DNA of 64,000 bases from an uncultured virus (IMG/VR IMGVR_UViG_3300017730_000004) (Duplodnaviria; Heunggongvirae; Uroviricota; Caudoviricetes): the IMG/VR virus record IMGVR_UViG_3300017730_000004. The stretch is one strand, 5' to 3'. Below, piece after piece: positions 38,921 through 48,270 of the stretch (its first letter is position 1; each line of letters begins with the position of its first letter). A program made the translations under genes and the position numbers. The notes under the pieces were generated by a model. That model ran no database searches. It saw only the letters and a program-made list of their open reading frames with translations, and was not told the origin of the DNA.

Positions 38921-39839
38921 TCACTATGTCGAACGATTGTTTACCAAATAAGCTACCATCGACACTGCACTTATTACATGGGGACATATCTCTGTTCCCC
39001 TTTATTAATTTTTTTCTAATCTTATTCATGGGTTTAGAGAACCATACATTATGTAGGGTCTCTGATAATAAGTTACCTACAACATGCTCTCTACCCCAGT
39101 CATTGGAACAGAATAAAACATCACCATTCCAATCAACAAACATTTTATAAAAAGGATAATGACACGGCTTACCTTTAAGTGCTTCAATTGTAGACTCCTC
39201 TATTCCTACCCAATCCATTACACCACTTCGATTGTTTAGTATCAATCCATGTGTTACGAAATCTCCCCAATGCATTCTGTACTTGTATCTTTCTTCGGGA
39301 ATGTATTTCATCACTTCATCAAAGTGTTCTATCTGTTCTACTCCGTCATAAAGATTAATGTAGAGTAAATCTAATCCACTAAACTCAAACAACTCTTCTG
39401 CATACTCTCTAGTAAGTTTATCTCCGTTAGTGTTACACTCTAATGTTGCATTCGGAACACTGTGTCTAAACGTATGCACAATTTCTTGGAACCTAGGATT
39501 AAGTAAATTTTCTCCGTATCCACTTAACGATATCTTACCACTAAATCCATTCTTATGTAATTCGTCTCCAATAGTCTTTGCAGCCTTGGGTGTCATATGT
39601 AAGTTTCTATTTGGAAACACTTCGGGATTTGCACGTGGACAAAATGAACATGTCCTGTTGCACAACTCTGTAGTGTTAACTTCGACTGTGAGAATAGAAC
39701 TAAGTTCTGTCAACTCTCCTTGTCGACTCCAATGTTTCTCTTCTTGCTTCCTACGGTGTTCTAGAAAATCATACTGGTCAACTGCAGTGATTGGAATATT
39801 ACGTGACACGTTTAACTCTGATTTGTCTTTCTTGTTCAT
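38886..39839 (-). CDS. Radical SAM protein with SPASM/twitch domain
   Basis: CNRTCSFC; NTNGD; C-terminal CHYPF...FCSND...PCNKC; start moved to MNKKD. Confidence 0.88.
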   Translation of the reverse strand: MNKKDKSELNVSRNIPITAVDQYDFLEHRRKQEEKHWSRQGELTELSSILTVEVNTTELCNRTCSFCPRANPEVFPNRNLHMTPKAAKTIGDELHKNGFSGKISLSGYGENLLNPRFQEIVHTFRHSVPNATLECNTNGDKLTREYAEELFEFSGLDLLYINLYDGVEQIEHFDEVMKYIPEERYKYRMHWGDFVTHGLILNNRSGVMDWVGIEESTIEALKGKPCHYPFYKMFVDWNGDVLFCSNDWGREHVVGNLLSETLHNVWFSKPMNKIRKKLIKGNRDMSPCNKCSVDGSLFGKQSFDIVSEYYEGSNNRK

Positions 39840-40248
39840 CCAAAATCTGTTCGTGGTAAGAAAACTCAATTGAGTCGCCAATGTTAAACTCTCCTTCTGT
39901 AAAGTATTTGGGGATGATAAAAAACTGTGATGATTTGTCTTCGTTGATTTTACAACTTCTTGGGTCACCATGTCTATTGTAAAGATATGGTCTAACGTGT
40001 AATCCGTCTTTGTTTAAATCGTGTGCTGAGAAAATCAGCTCATTGTCTTCTAGATAAAGATTAACGAATGGGGTATCGTATTGGATACCTAAACGGATTG
40101 TGTATTCGGTAGGGAAATTAAAACGAAGAACGTCATCCTCTATTTCAGAAAAACGTTCTACGTATCTTGGACTAACTTTGTTTAAATCAAGGGGTAATAC
40201 TTCTGATAACTTAGAAGTATCCACCGTCTCGCACAGTATCATCGTCAT
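39799..40248 (-). CDS. Hypothetical protein
   Basis: 149-aa ORF overlapping both neighbours. Confidence 0.5.
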   Translation of the reverse strand: MTMILCETVDTSKLSEVLPLDLNKVSPRYVERFSEIEDDVLRFNFPTEYTIRLGIQYDTPFVNLYLEDNELIFSAHDLNKDGLHVRPYLYNRHGDPRSCKINEDKSSQFFIIPKYFTEGEFNIGDSIEFSYHEQILDEQERQIRVKRVT

Positions 40249-41758
40249 TGTCTTTGTCTCCGTCGCTATCTACAGCTGAAACAAATGAACCGTCATCTTG
40301 TAATGATTGGATTAACTCATCTGTTTGGTCTTGGAATGACTCAATCATTTGTGCTTTTGTATCTGAAGTATTGACTGTAAAATCTAATCCTTCAGCTGCT
40401 TTCTTAATACCAGTCTTGGTCATTGCATCTAGTTCTGCACTTGATGGAATTGTAATCTCGTCATAAGACTCTTCTTCTTCAACATCTGTTTGTGCATCAA
40501 TTTTTGCTTGTGCAGCTGCAAGTAATTCTTCTTCAGTATCATAAGAAGGAATTGTTTTTTCCGTTACTGGTGCTGATACTTCATCACCATCCTGTAAAGT
40601 TTCTGCTCTTGGTTTAAAGTTACCACCAGTGATTACTGGTTTTGCAAATTCAGATTCAGTTCTTACATCTTCTTCCTGTACTTGAAACTCTGAACCTAGA
40701 GGTTGTACTTCGTCTGATAATTCAAAACCTGTATCTTCTTCAACTGTGTCTTCAGTAACATTATCATTTGCATCAACCCATTCTTGGAATGATTGTTTTG
40801 TTTCTTCTATCTTGTCATTGAAAGCTTCGTCTGTAGATAAAGGTTTGTCTTCGATTATCTCATCTGCTTGTGCAACTTCATCTACTCTCTCAACTTCATC
40901 CAAGAAGGATTCTGTTGTAGTTCCACTTGGTTGGAATATTGGAGTCTCTACTGCTGGAGAATCAAATACTTCTTCTGCTGGTTGAATAGTTTCTTGTGTT
41001 TCTTCTGTTGGTGTATCCCATCCACCATCAGCAGGATGTGTTGGTGCTGGGTTAGGTGTGTCTACTTTAGTATGAGACTGTGGTGTATCCAACGGTATGT
41101 AAGGTTCTTCTTCTACACCTTCGGGAGCTGGATTCATTGCACGTGCAAGTCCGAATGCTCCTGTAGCACTCTTCTTAGGTGCAAGAGGTGTTTGTGGGGG
41201 TGGAGTAGGAAGTTCGTATCCATGTTGTTTTGCAAGGACACCAATCTCTTCTGCTGACAACTGTACGAATCCTTCAGAGTTTAATTCACCCTGTTTAACT
41301 CCGATGACTCCATCGTTGTTTAAGTCCATGTTGATTCCATGAGAAGCAAGTACTGCTTCTAACTGTGCAATCTTCAAGTCTGCTTCTTTTCTTTTGATTC
41401 TTTCAGAACTTAATCTATCGTCTTGTTCTCTTTGACGTTGTGCAAAGAGTTCTTGTTTTGCAAGATTGTCTGCAGCGATTAATTCTTCTGCTCTACGTTG
41501 TGCATTTTGAACCATGGTATTATATTCTTCTTGACCAGCAGCGTACTCTCTAGTAACTGCATCAAGAGGAATTAATTCACCTTGGGTAACGTTTCCACTT
41601 TTAAGATGTGATTGAACAAGTGCATTGACTACGCCAGCACTGTTAATTGTAAACCCGATTTTAAAATCAGCAATCCTCTTTTGGATTCTTTCCAATTCAG
41701 TTGGTTCGGGTGCGTCTTGTGCAAACTGAGATACAGTTTGGTTTTCATTTGTTGCCAT
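40211..41758 (-). CDS. Acidic, largely disordered protein with coiled coil, EF-hand-like loop and C-terminal HeH/Rho-N-like motif
   Basis: DLNNDGVIG; long E/D/P/T tract; ELDAMTKTGIKKAAEGLDF...TKAQMIE. Confidence 0.55.
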   Translation of the reverse strand: MATNENQTVSQFAQDAPEPTELERIQKRIADFKIGFTINSAGVVNALVQSHLKSGNVTQGELIPLDAVTREYAAGQEEYNTMVQNAQRRAEELIAADNLAKQELFAQRQREQDDRLSSERIKRKEADLKIAQLEAVLASHGINMDLNNDGVIGVKQGELNSEGFVQLSAEEIGVLAKQHGYELPTPPPQTPLAPKKSATGAFGLARAMNPAPEGVEEEPYIPLDTPQSHTKVDTPNPAPTHPADGGWDTPTEETQETIQPAEEVFDSPAVETPIFQPSGTTTESFLDEVERVDEVAQADEIIEDKPLSTDEAFNDKIEETKQSFQEWVDANDNVTEDTVEEDTGFELSDEVQPLGSEFQVQEEDVRTESEFAKPVITGGNFKPRAETLQDGDEVSAPVTEKTIPSYDTEEELLAAAQAKIDAQTDVEEEESYDEITIPSSAELDAMTKTGIKKAAEGLDFTVNTSDTKAQMIESFQDQTDELIQSLQDDGSFVSAVDSDGDKDNDDDTVRDGGYF

Positions 41759-41765
41759 AATTTAA

Positions 41766-41865
41766 TTTACTCCATGGAGCAGAACTAGACTAGAAAGTTG
41801 TTTACTGAAGTTAAATCTAACTTCCCTTTTTAATATGTATAGTCTCGGTCTACTCTTATATTTAG
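41766..41865 (-). ncRNA. Structured 5' leader behind late promoter CTAAATA
   Basis: GAGUAGA/UCUGCUC and AGACUA/UAGUCU enclosing GAAGUUA-GAUU-UAACUUC. Confidence 0.5.
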
Positions 41866-42381
41866 TTATCGTGAAATCTCGGGAAAGGCTGAAACTGCAA
41901 TTTCCTTAGTAATATTTGGGAATGCCCAAACGCCATCCTTGAGAAGGTCTAACAGTTCTGCTTCTTCTTTAGGGATACCTTCTAGTAATCCAATCCATAG
42001 TGCTTCTCTTTTTGTAGTAGGCACTTGTTCGGTTACAAAATATTTGAATTGTTTATGTTCAAATCTTAGACTTGTTTCTGTAAGGTCTGTTGCTGGTGCA
42101 GCGTTTCTTCCATAAGGTGTTTTACCTTCGGGTAATGTTGAATTAATATTGTCATCAAATGCCCATTGAAGTATTGGTTTGATTGCACCATTTCTATCGT
42201 TGAATACTTTTAGACCTTGAACTGCTAATTCGGGTTCCTTCTCTGCAACGATGTTTGCTTGACATAGTATTTCATATGCATCTGCATTGTTTTGAAGTTC
42301 TTTCCTTTCGGTAATCAACTTCATCTTCGGTTTATTGGGAGCTCCTTTCGGTCTTCCTCTTCCTCTTTTTTTCTCTGTCAT
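41866..42381 (-). CDS. Conserved T4-like hypothetical protein
   Basis: LQWAFD...LPEGKTPY...KREALWIGLLEGIPKEEAELL; N-terminal AT-hook-like KRGRGRPKG. Confidence 0.65.
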   Translation of the reverse strand: MTEKKRGRGRPKGAPNKPKMKLITERKELQNNADAYEILCQANIVAEKEPELAVQGLKVFNDRNGAIKPILQWAFDDNINSTLPEGKTPYGRNAAPATDLTETSLRFEHKQFKYFVTEQVPTTKREALWIGLLEGIPKEEAELLDLLKDGVWAFPNITKEIAVSAFPEISR

Positions 42382-43214
42382 AATGTAAAATCCTCTACAT
42401 GATTTAACAACTGGTCTAGTCTATGTGTTCTTAGATAGTCAAACACTTTACCTCTTACAGGTTCAGTCTTGTCAAACTCTTCTAAGATATTCTTTTCTAT
42501 CTCAGCTGGTATAAACTCTAAGTCAATTAAAGTTTGGTTTCTTAAATAGTTACGATAGTATTTATCGTCACTCTCAATTGTAATTCTTAAGTACTTATCT
42601 TTGATAGGTTTCCTTAAGGGTGTCTGTCTAATACCTAGGTCTAAACAATCATCATTAGATAGAATGTTTGGAACTCCATCTGACTTATCACCAGTAAGGA
42701 TATGTTCTCTCAAAAATAAATCGGGGTCTTGACAATCTATCATCTTATTTAGATTGGGACTCCATTGAGTTACATATGGGTATTTATGCAATTGCTGAAA
42801 GTCTTTATCTCCACTGACAATGAGTACATCTTCCTTTGCATGTTTAGTTAACACTGCAATGATGTCATCAGCTTCACACTTCTCAACATACATGTAACGG
42901 TATGGAAAGTTCTCTTTGATTTCCATCTTAACTTTGTGAAGGGTATCGAATATCATACCCCAATCTTTATCGTCAGCCTCTCTAGACTTTTTACGATTTG
43001 CTTTGTACTGTGGGTAGAAGTCACGTCTCCACGGATTGGCTGCATCCGTGCAAAGAGTTATCTCACCATAGTCGCCTGAGTATTTCTTTTGATAGTTTCT
43101 GACTGAGTTAAGTATCATGTGTCTCAACATGTCCTCACTCATTTCACCACCATTCATTTTAAGTTGAGCCATTAGACCAGCAATGATGGTCTGAGTAAAG
43201 TCTATAAGAATCAT
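42378..43214 (-). CDS. rnh: T4-type RNase H (5'-3' exonuclease)
   Basis: WRRDFYPQYKANR, EADDIIA, SGDKDFQQL, GDKSDGVPNILS. Confidence 0.95.
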   Translation of the reverse strand: MILIDFTQTIIAGLMAQLKMNGGEMSEDMLRHMILNSVRNYQKKYSGDYGEITLCTDAANPWRRDFYPQYKANRKKSREADDKDWGMIFDTLHKVKMEIKENFPYRYMYVEKCEADDIIAVLTKHAKEDVLIVSGDKDFQQLHKYPYVTQWSPNLNKMIDCQDPDLFLREHILTGDKSDGVPNILSNDDCLDLGIRQTPLRKPIKDKYLRITIESDDKYYRNYLRNQTLIDLEFIPAEIEKNILEEFDKTEPVRGKVFDYLRTHRLDQLLNHVEDFTL

Positions 43215-43924
43215 TTAATCACTTTTAATAATAATGTATTTTTGGTCATCATGTCGTTTCCGTCTTTCAACTTCGACCTAGGAATCTCATCCATAAATCC
43301 ACGAGCAATAATATTACCACCTCTTACTAGTCTATCAAGCAACTTGGAATCTGTCAAGGTCTTTTCTTTGCATGAATCGTATCCAGTAATTCTAGAACCT
43401 TTGACTGCAAGATTACCACTGAAGTGTGTAAACTTTTTAGATGCAGTGTTGTACGTGAATAAATCATATGCACGTGGTATCTCTATTGGTTCTATTGATT
43501 TGTAATCTTCCCACTCTGCAAGGAAAGGAAGTTTCCTTACCATACGAGCTGGGGTCATAGGTTTGACTCTACGGATTGGTTTGTATTCATCACAATATTT
43601 TCCAATATCGGATTCAATACTCTCTAGAAATTTAATGTATTTTTTCTTTTGTGTCTTGGTAAGGAAATTAAAAGCTTCCTCTAACTGTTCACATCCTTCT
43701 TCGTTCTTAACTTCAACCAATGCTGGTTCGGTATGACCTTTCATAAATGTAACAACCTTTCCACTGTACTCAAGTTGTTTTAAATACTTATACATTGAGA
43801 AATCAGATTTCTTATTATCCATCCAACAATCTATTTGATATTCTACTTCGGCATAAGCATCCATTGCCTTCTCACGCATCCTCTCTTGAATGTTTATTTT
43901 TTTGGGTTCAGTTTTCATAATCAT
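43211..43924 (-). CDS. Conserved T4-like hypothetical protein
   Basis: NIQERMREK start, LFTYNT...VKGSRI, C-terminal NTLLLKV. Confidence 0.6.
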   Translation of the reverse strand: MIMKTEPKKINIQERMREKAMDAYAEVEYQIDCWMDNKKSDFSMYKYLKQLEYSGKVVTFMKGHTEPALVEVKNEEGCEQLEEAFNFLTKTQKKKYIKFLESIESDIGKYCDEYKPIRRVKPMTPARMVRKLPFLAEWEDYKSIEPIEIPRAYDLFTYNTASKKFTHFSGNLAVKGSRITGYDSCKEKTLTDSKLLDRLVRGGNIIARGFMDEIPRSKLKDGNDMMTKNTLLLKVIK

Positions 43925-43930
43925 GTGAGC

Positions 43931-43960
43931 AGTATATAATAAAGCTTAGTGCATTGTCAA
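43931..43960 (-). promoter_or_regulatory. Early sigma70-type promoter, ATG 6 nt after -10
   Basis: TTGACA-N18-TATACT-GCTCAC-ATG. Confidence 0.75.
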
Positions 43961-43970
43961 GTATGTTTAT

Positions 43971-45353
43971 TTAACTATCGTCTTTTTCGTCTCTCTTGTT
44001 CGTAATCATAAACTTACGTGCTGGATTTATCATTAAGTTTGCACGTTGCATTAAGTCACGATTTGCAAGAAAAGGAATGACACCTCTACTATCTAAACTA
44101 ACTTCTTGTTCGTATATAGTGTTTAGAAAATTTAATTCAAGTTCTACGACTGGTCTGTCTTCAGCTGGTTTTAATAAAGTAACCATTCTCTTTAATGGTT
44201 TCTTATACTTAACACCCTCTGTTGTCCATGTAACTATCTTACCGTTGACCTTTAAATCTTCTGCATGAAGTGAACAAGCTGTAACTGAATTACCTGTGTC
44301 TAACTTCACTGTCATTTCTTGACCTTCGACTTCGATGGTTTCTAATACACCACACTCTGTTGGTGACTTCTTCCATATGTCTCTGTCTCTGTAAATCTTA
44401 AGAACCATCTTAACAATGTCCTCACCGATAACCTTAGAGATTCCTTCAGTGCCTGGCGAATGATTTACTTCCAATAGGTATGGTGGTTCAGTCTTTCTGT
44501 TTTTGCTAGGAATAAAGTCTACACCACACCATTGTCCGTTGACGGCTTTGCTAGCTCTTAGACAAACATCTTTTTCTAACTCTGTCAATGTAACTGATTG
44601 TGCATCTGCACCTTGGGATACATTACTTCTAAAGTCATCTGTAATTTTGTTTCGTCTCATTGCACCAACAATTTCTCTGTTGACAATGACAACACGTACA
44701 TCGTAATCTGATTCGATATACTCTTGTAATAGAATATCACAGTAGGGGTCAATCTTATAAATCAAGCTGACCTGTGATTGTAGTGACCGTTCTGTTTCGA
44801 TGAGTAGAACACCTACACCTTTAGAACCCTGTAATGTTTTGAGTACCATCGGGAAATTATTATCTAATGCTTCGTGAGCTCTATCTACGGTCTCGGGTTC
44901 ATCGTTTGGAATCAATACGGTACGTGGTTGGTTTAGACCTATCTCTTGCAGTCTCAGATACGTTCTAAACTTGTCTGAACAAACTTCGATACATTCCCTA
45001 GGGTTGCATGTTGCAATACCGTAGCGTTCAATCTGAGAGATTAAATCAAGGTAGGAATCCTTAGTTGTTACTGCACCACGAATCATAACTAATGTGTCTG
45101 CATCAATCTCGAATCCTTTCTCATCGTCTGCATTGTGAATAGAGATAACGCCAGACTCATCATCACGTTCTAGGTATGCACCATTGACACGAACGTTGTA
45201 AACATCCATACCTAACTTTTCTGCAACACCAACTATCTTACCACTGGTAGATTTCTTAGATTGTTTCTTAGGACGTTCTGCGATAACAACAAGACGATAA
45301 GGGTCTGATTTCTTAACGTCTTCTTCTACTATTAATTCTTGAAATGATTTCAT
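43971..45353 (-). CDS. rimK: RimK-family ATP-grasp glutamate ligase fused to a C-terminal RimB-like (retropepsin-type) protease
   Basis: DKFRT, FPMVLKTLQGSKGVGV, LLQEYI, DVRVVIV, FRSNVSQG, GVDFI, LEVNHSPG; then KLDTGNSVTACSLHA and RPVVEL. Confidence 0.85.
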   Translation of the reverse strand: MKSFQELIVEEDVKKSDPYRLVVIAERPKKQSKKSTSGKIVGVAEKLGMDVYNVRVNGAYLERDDESGVISIHNADDEKGFEIDADTLVMIRGAVTTKDSYLDLISQIERYGIATCNPRECIEVCSDKFRTYLRLQEIGLNQPRTVLIPNDEPETVDRAHEALDNNFPMVLKTLQGSKGVGVLLIETERSLQSQVSLIYKIDPYCDILLQEYIESDYDVRVVIVNREIVGAMRRNKITDDFRSNVSQGADAQSVTLTELEKDVCLRASKAVNGQWCGVDFIPSKNRKTEPPYLLEVNHSPGTEGISKVIGEDIVKMVLKIYRDRDIWKKSPTECGVLETIEVEGQEMTVKLDTGNSVTACSLHAEDLKVNGKIVTWTTEGVKYKKPLKRMVTLLKPAEDRPVVELELNFLNTIYEQEVSLDSRGVIPFLANRDLMQRANLMINPARKFMITNKRDEKDDS

Positions 45354-45733
45354 TTCTTTTTTAATCCCACCTGTATGGCTTGTTCTTCTAATGGGGTTAA
45401 TGGTTTCTTATGCAACTCTACAAAGTATTCTGCATCCACCAACACCAATGGTTTATGTCTGTTTCTTTTAATTACAACAATAGGTTCGTACTTACCACAA
45501 TTGCTTTCTGCTTGTGTGTATGCATTCCACACGTTAACTGCTTCTTGGTTCTTACACTCTACACTGTATGGAAATAATCTTCGGGACTCTGTACCTAGGA
45601 TAATATCCTCACCTTGAGAACCCATAGGTCTAGACTCTGAATCTTCGGGGTCTAACTCTAACTTCTCTACTAGAAGATTACGAAACCACTGTTGTAGTTT
45701 ACGTCCTTTAGCTTTTGCTGATGATGTCTTCAT
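45350..45733 (-). CDS. Holliday-junction-resolvase-like PD-(D/E)XK nuclease
   Basis: SAKAKGRKLQQW, GSQGEDI, SVECKNQE, EPIVVIKRN. Confidence 0.7.
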   Translation of the reverse strand: MKTSSAKAKGRKLQQWFRNLLVEKLELDPEDSESRPMGSQGEDIILGTESRRLFPYSVECKNQEAVNVWNAYTQAESNCGKYEPIVVIKRNRHKPLVLVDAEYFVELHKKPLTPLEEQAIQVGLKKK

Positions 45734-46034
45734 TAAAAGTAATACTCACTCCACAACCACAACTGGCTTCTTCATTAGGATTCTGAAACGTGAACGTTTC
45801 ATTTAATCCCTGTTGTTCATAATCTAAAGTCATACCATTTAAAAACGGTTGACTCATTGTATCTATTAAAAATTTAAACTTACCGTAATCTATTTCTAGG
45901 TCACCGTCTTGATATTCGTCACGGATGAAAACATATTCGTATCCACTGCAACCACCACCTGTAACTCCTAGTCTAACTTTGTCTACTTGTTTTTCTATAA
46001 GTTTTGCTATGGCAATGTCTGTAACTTCTATCAT
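45708..46034 (-). CDS. Fe-S cluster assembly A-type carrier (HesB/IscA family)
   Basis: GGGCSGYEY, FQNPNEEASCGCGVS; TATAAATA at 46040-46047. Confidence 0.92.
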   Translation of the reverse strand: MIEVTDIAIAKLIEKQVDKVRLGVTGGGCSGYEYVFIRDEYQDGDLEIDYGKFKFLIDTMSQPFLNGMTLDYEQQGLNETFTFQNPNEEASCGCGVSITFNEDIISKS

Positions 46035-46042
46035 AGAAGTAT

Positions 46043-46681
46043 TTATACTTCAGACTCCCATACGCCGTGGTCATTAGCGTCGTTATCATGTTTATCTTTT
46101 TTAGGTTTAAATAATTCATAAGGAATATCTCCAGTTTGGTCTTCGGGTACATAGAGATAATTAATATCTGAACGGTTACATGTATCAATTGCATCGAAGA
46201 TAGTTTCCACTAAAGCTTCACCACCTAAATTAAATGATGTATTAAATATAATAGGGGTGCCATTCTTTTCACCTAATGCTTTAATTAAATTATAATAATT
46301 TTTATTTTGTTCTTCTGTAACTGTTTGAATTCTACATGTACCATCTGCATGAACAATAGCAGGAATCTCTTCGTATGCTTTCTTCTTACATTGAATTGCA
46401 AACGACATATAAGGAGACTCTTCTAACTGCAACATTTTAAAATATTCATGTGCATGTTCTTTTAATACAGTACCAGCAAATGGTCTATAATATTCTCTCT
46501 TCTTAATTGTATTAACAATTTGTTTTGCATTTGGATTAGTAGGGTCAAATAATATTGAACGATTACCTAATGCACGTGGGCCCCATTCGGAACCGTTTTG
46601 AAACATACCAATAACCTGTTGTTTATCTGTAAGTAATTCGATTACTTGGTCTTGGTCTCTTATGACTTCTGCTTTAATCAT
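46043..46681 (-). CDS. Carbamoyltransferase C-terminal (YrdC-like) domain protein
   Basis: SEWGPRALGNRSIL, KKREYYRPFA, HADGTCRIQTV, NTSFN; start moved to MIKAE after AGGAG. Confidence 0.9.
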   Translation of the reverse strand: MIKAEVIRDQDQVIELLTDKQQVIGMFQNGSEWGPRALGNRSILFDPTNPNAKQIVNTIKKREYYRPFAGTVLKEHAHEYFKMLQLEESPYMSFAIQCKKKAYEEIPAIVHADGTCRIQTVTEEQNKNYYNLIKALGEKNGTPIIFNTSFNLGGEALVETIFDAIDTCNRSDINYLYVPEDQTGDIPYELFKPKKDKHDNDANDHGVWESEV

Positions 46682-47873
46682 TTGTAGTCTCCTGTTGTTT
46701 CTGATTATAATAATGCAACCAGTATGCAGCTCCAAGTGCAGTACCACCATCATGGGGTACAGGGTCAACAAATATATTTAATTCGGGGAACTCTTGTAGG
46801 TATCTATAATTGTTTGTACAATTTAATGAGAACCCACCACTGAGTACTAGGTTCTTACAATCGGGATTTAATTCCATTGCACGTCTTATAACAATACATG
46901 CATTCTTAAATGATTCTTCCTCACACATTTGTGCAACGATATGTCTATCAAATCTATCGGGTCTATCTTCATATAGTCTTCCGTATGATGCCATACCCAT
47001 TACCTTACCCGCTGCACGTCCATGAGCATCTGCACCGAAGGCATAACTCATGTTACTGAAGTTCATACCGCTAGAAGGGAAGCTAGTGAACACTGTAGGG
47101 ATATTATTAGTAGAGTCATCGTTGACTACCTTATCCTGTAAACAGTGTGCTGAATCATAGTACATGTTAGGGAAATACTTACTTGCAAGTGAACCTAACT
47201 CACGGTGATTAGACATCTTCTTCCACTGGGGTAGAATCTCTTTCTTCTCAAAGTTACAAGACCAAATAGATTCAATCTCTTGGTAGTTCGGATACTCTTT
47301 GTGCAAACACTTTGCACCGCCACCGTCCCATGCGATAGCCATTGCATCCTCACCCTTCTCATAGAAAGGACTTAGGAAGTAACCACTGTATGCATGATAC
47401 ATATGATGTTCGATATCAAAATGATATTCTTCTACCTCATGAAACTGTTTACACATTGCATCGTGTATAGCTTCATCCATATCTTCGTGCCAGTCGAACT
47501 TTAGTCCGAGTTTAGGAAACTCTTCTGATATTTCTTCTAGTCTTTTAAGACTGAGTTGTTCTTTTGAAAATGCAACTGCTACTTCTTCTGCAATTAATCT
47601 ATTCTCCATAAGATATTCTTTGTCCATGTCTATCTGACATACACGTCTATCGAAAGAAGCAAAGATAAGTTCACCACATGGGGTACCATCTTCGTTGATT
47701 AATGCATCTGCAACTCCTTTAGAGTCTACTACATGTAATTCGGGGTTGTTTATATTCGGTGAATAGTACTTATCTCGACGTTCTCTCTCTTCTTCAAAGA
47801 GTTCTTTGACTTCACCGTCTTCCATGATACACAAAGAAGTGTCATGGCTGGAATTGATTCCAATTATTCTCAT
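46674..47873 (-). CDS. Carbamoyltransferase N-terminal (Kae1-like) domain protein
   Basis: GINSSHDTS, EHHMYHA, DGGG, AGKVMGMASYG, LSGGFSLNC, HDGGTALGAA. Confidence 0.88.
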   Translation of the reverse strand: MRIIGINSSHDTSLCIMEDGEVKELFEEERERRDKYYSPNINNPELHVVDSKGVADALINEDGTPCGELIFASFDRRVCQIDMDKEYLMENRLIAEEVAVAFSKEQLSLKRLEEISEEFPKLGLKFDWHEDMDEAIHDAMCKQFHEVEEYHFDIEHHMYHAYSGYFLSPFYEKGEDAMAIAWDGGGAKCLHKEYPNYQEIESIWSCNFEKKEILPQWKKMSNHRELGSLASKYFPNMYYDSAHCLQDKVVNDDSTNNIPTVFTSFPSSGMNFSNMSYAFGADAHGRAAGKVMGMASYGRLYEDRPDRFDRHIVAQMCEEESFKNACIVIRRAMELNPDCKNLVLSGGFSLNCTNNYRYLQEFPELNIFVDPVPHDGGTALGAAYWLHYYNQKQQETTND

Positions 47874-47891
47874 AATATAATCCTGTTATTT

Positions 47892-48068
47892 CTATTCTGA
47901 CTCTTTATTAGCCTTATAGAATGTTATTATGTCCTTTGGTAGGACGAGTTTATCTTCAATGAGTTGATTTACCATCTCTTCTCTACCTGCTCGGAGACCA
48001 TTACGGTACACTGACCACACAAGAGCTACGATAAAACCTATATGTATTAATATTAATTCAGTACTCAT
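47892..48068 (-). CDS. Small membrane protein (58 aa, not in ORF track)
   Basis: MSTELILIHIGFIVALVWSVYRNG...; CTAAATA 5 nt upstream. Confidence 0.5.
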   Translation of the reverse strand: MSTELILIHIGFIVALVWSVYRNGLRAGREEMVNQLIEDKLVLPKDIITFYKANKESE

Positions 48069-48076
48069 GGTTTTAT

Positions 48077-48268
48077 TTAGGTTCCTTTATTATGTTCTAA
48101 ATTATTTAGTTGTGATTCGACAAGTTCTCTGACTTTTTTCTCTGAATACCATAATCCACTGTACATTGAAGACCTTCCGTCTCTCCAATCCACATGATAT
48201 CTCTTATATCCGAAGGGTCTATCAGAAAATATTCTTACTTCTCCGTAACTTTCTACTAATACTCTCAT
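48077..48268 (-). CDS. Hypothetical protein
   Basis: 63-aa ORF in a tightly packed minus-strand run. Confidence 0.5.
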   Translation of the reverse strand: MRVLVESYGEVRIFSDRPFGYKRYHVDWRDGRSSMYSGLWYSEKKVRELVESQLNNLEHNKGT

Positions 48269-48270
48269 AA

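Noticed and set aside
46670..46690. Frameshift or pseudogene in the carbamoyltransferase
   Set aside because: Second half has its own SD and ATG at the domain boundary and motifs are intact.
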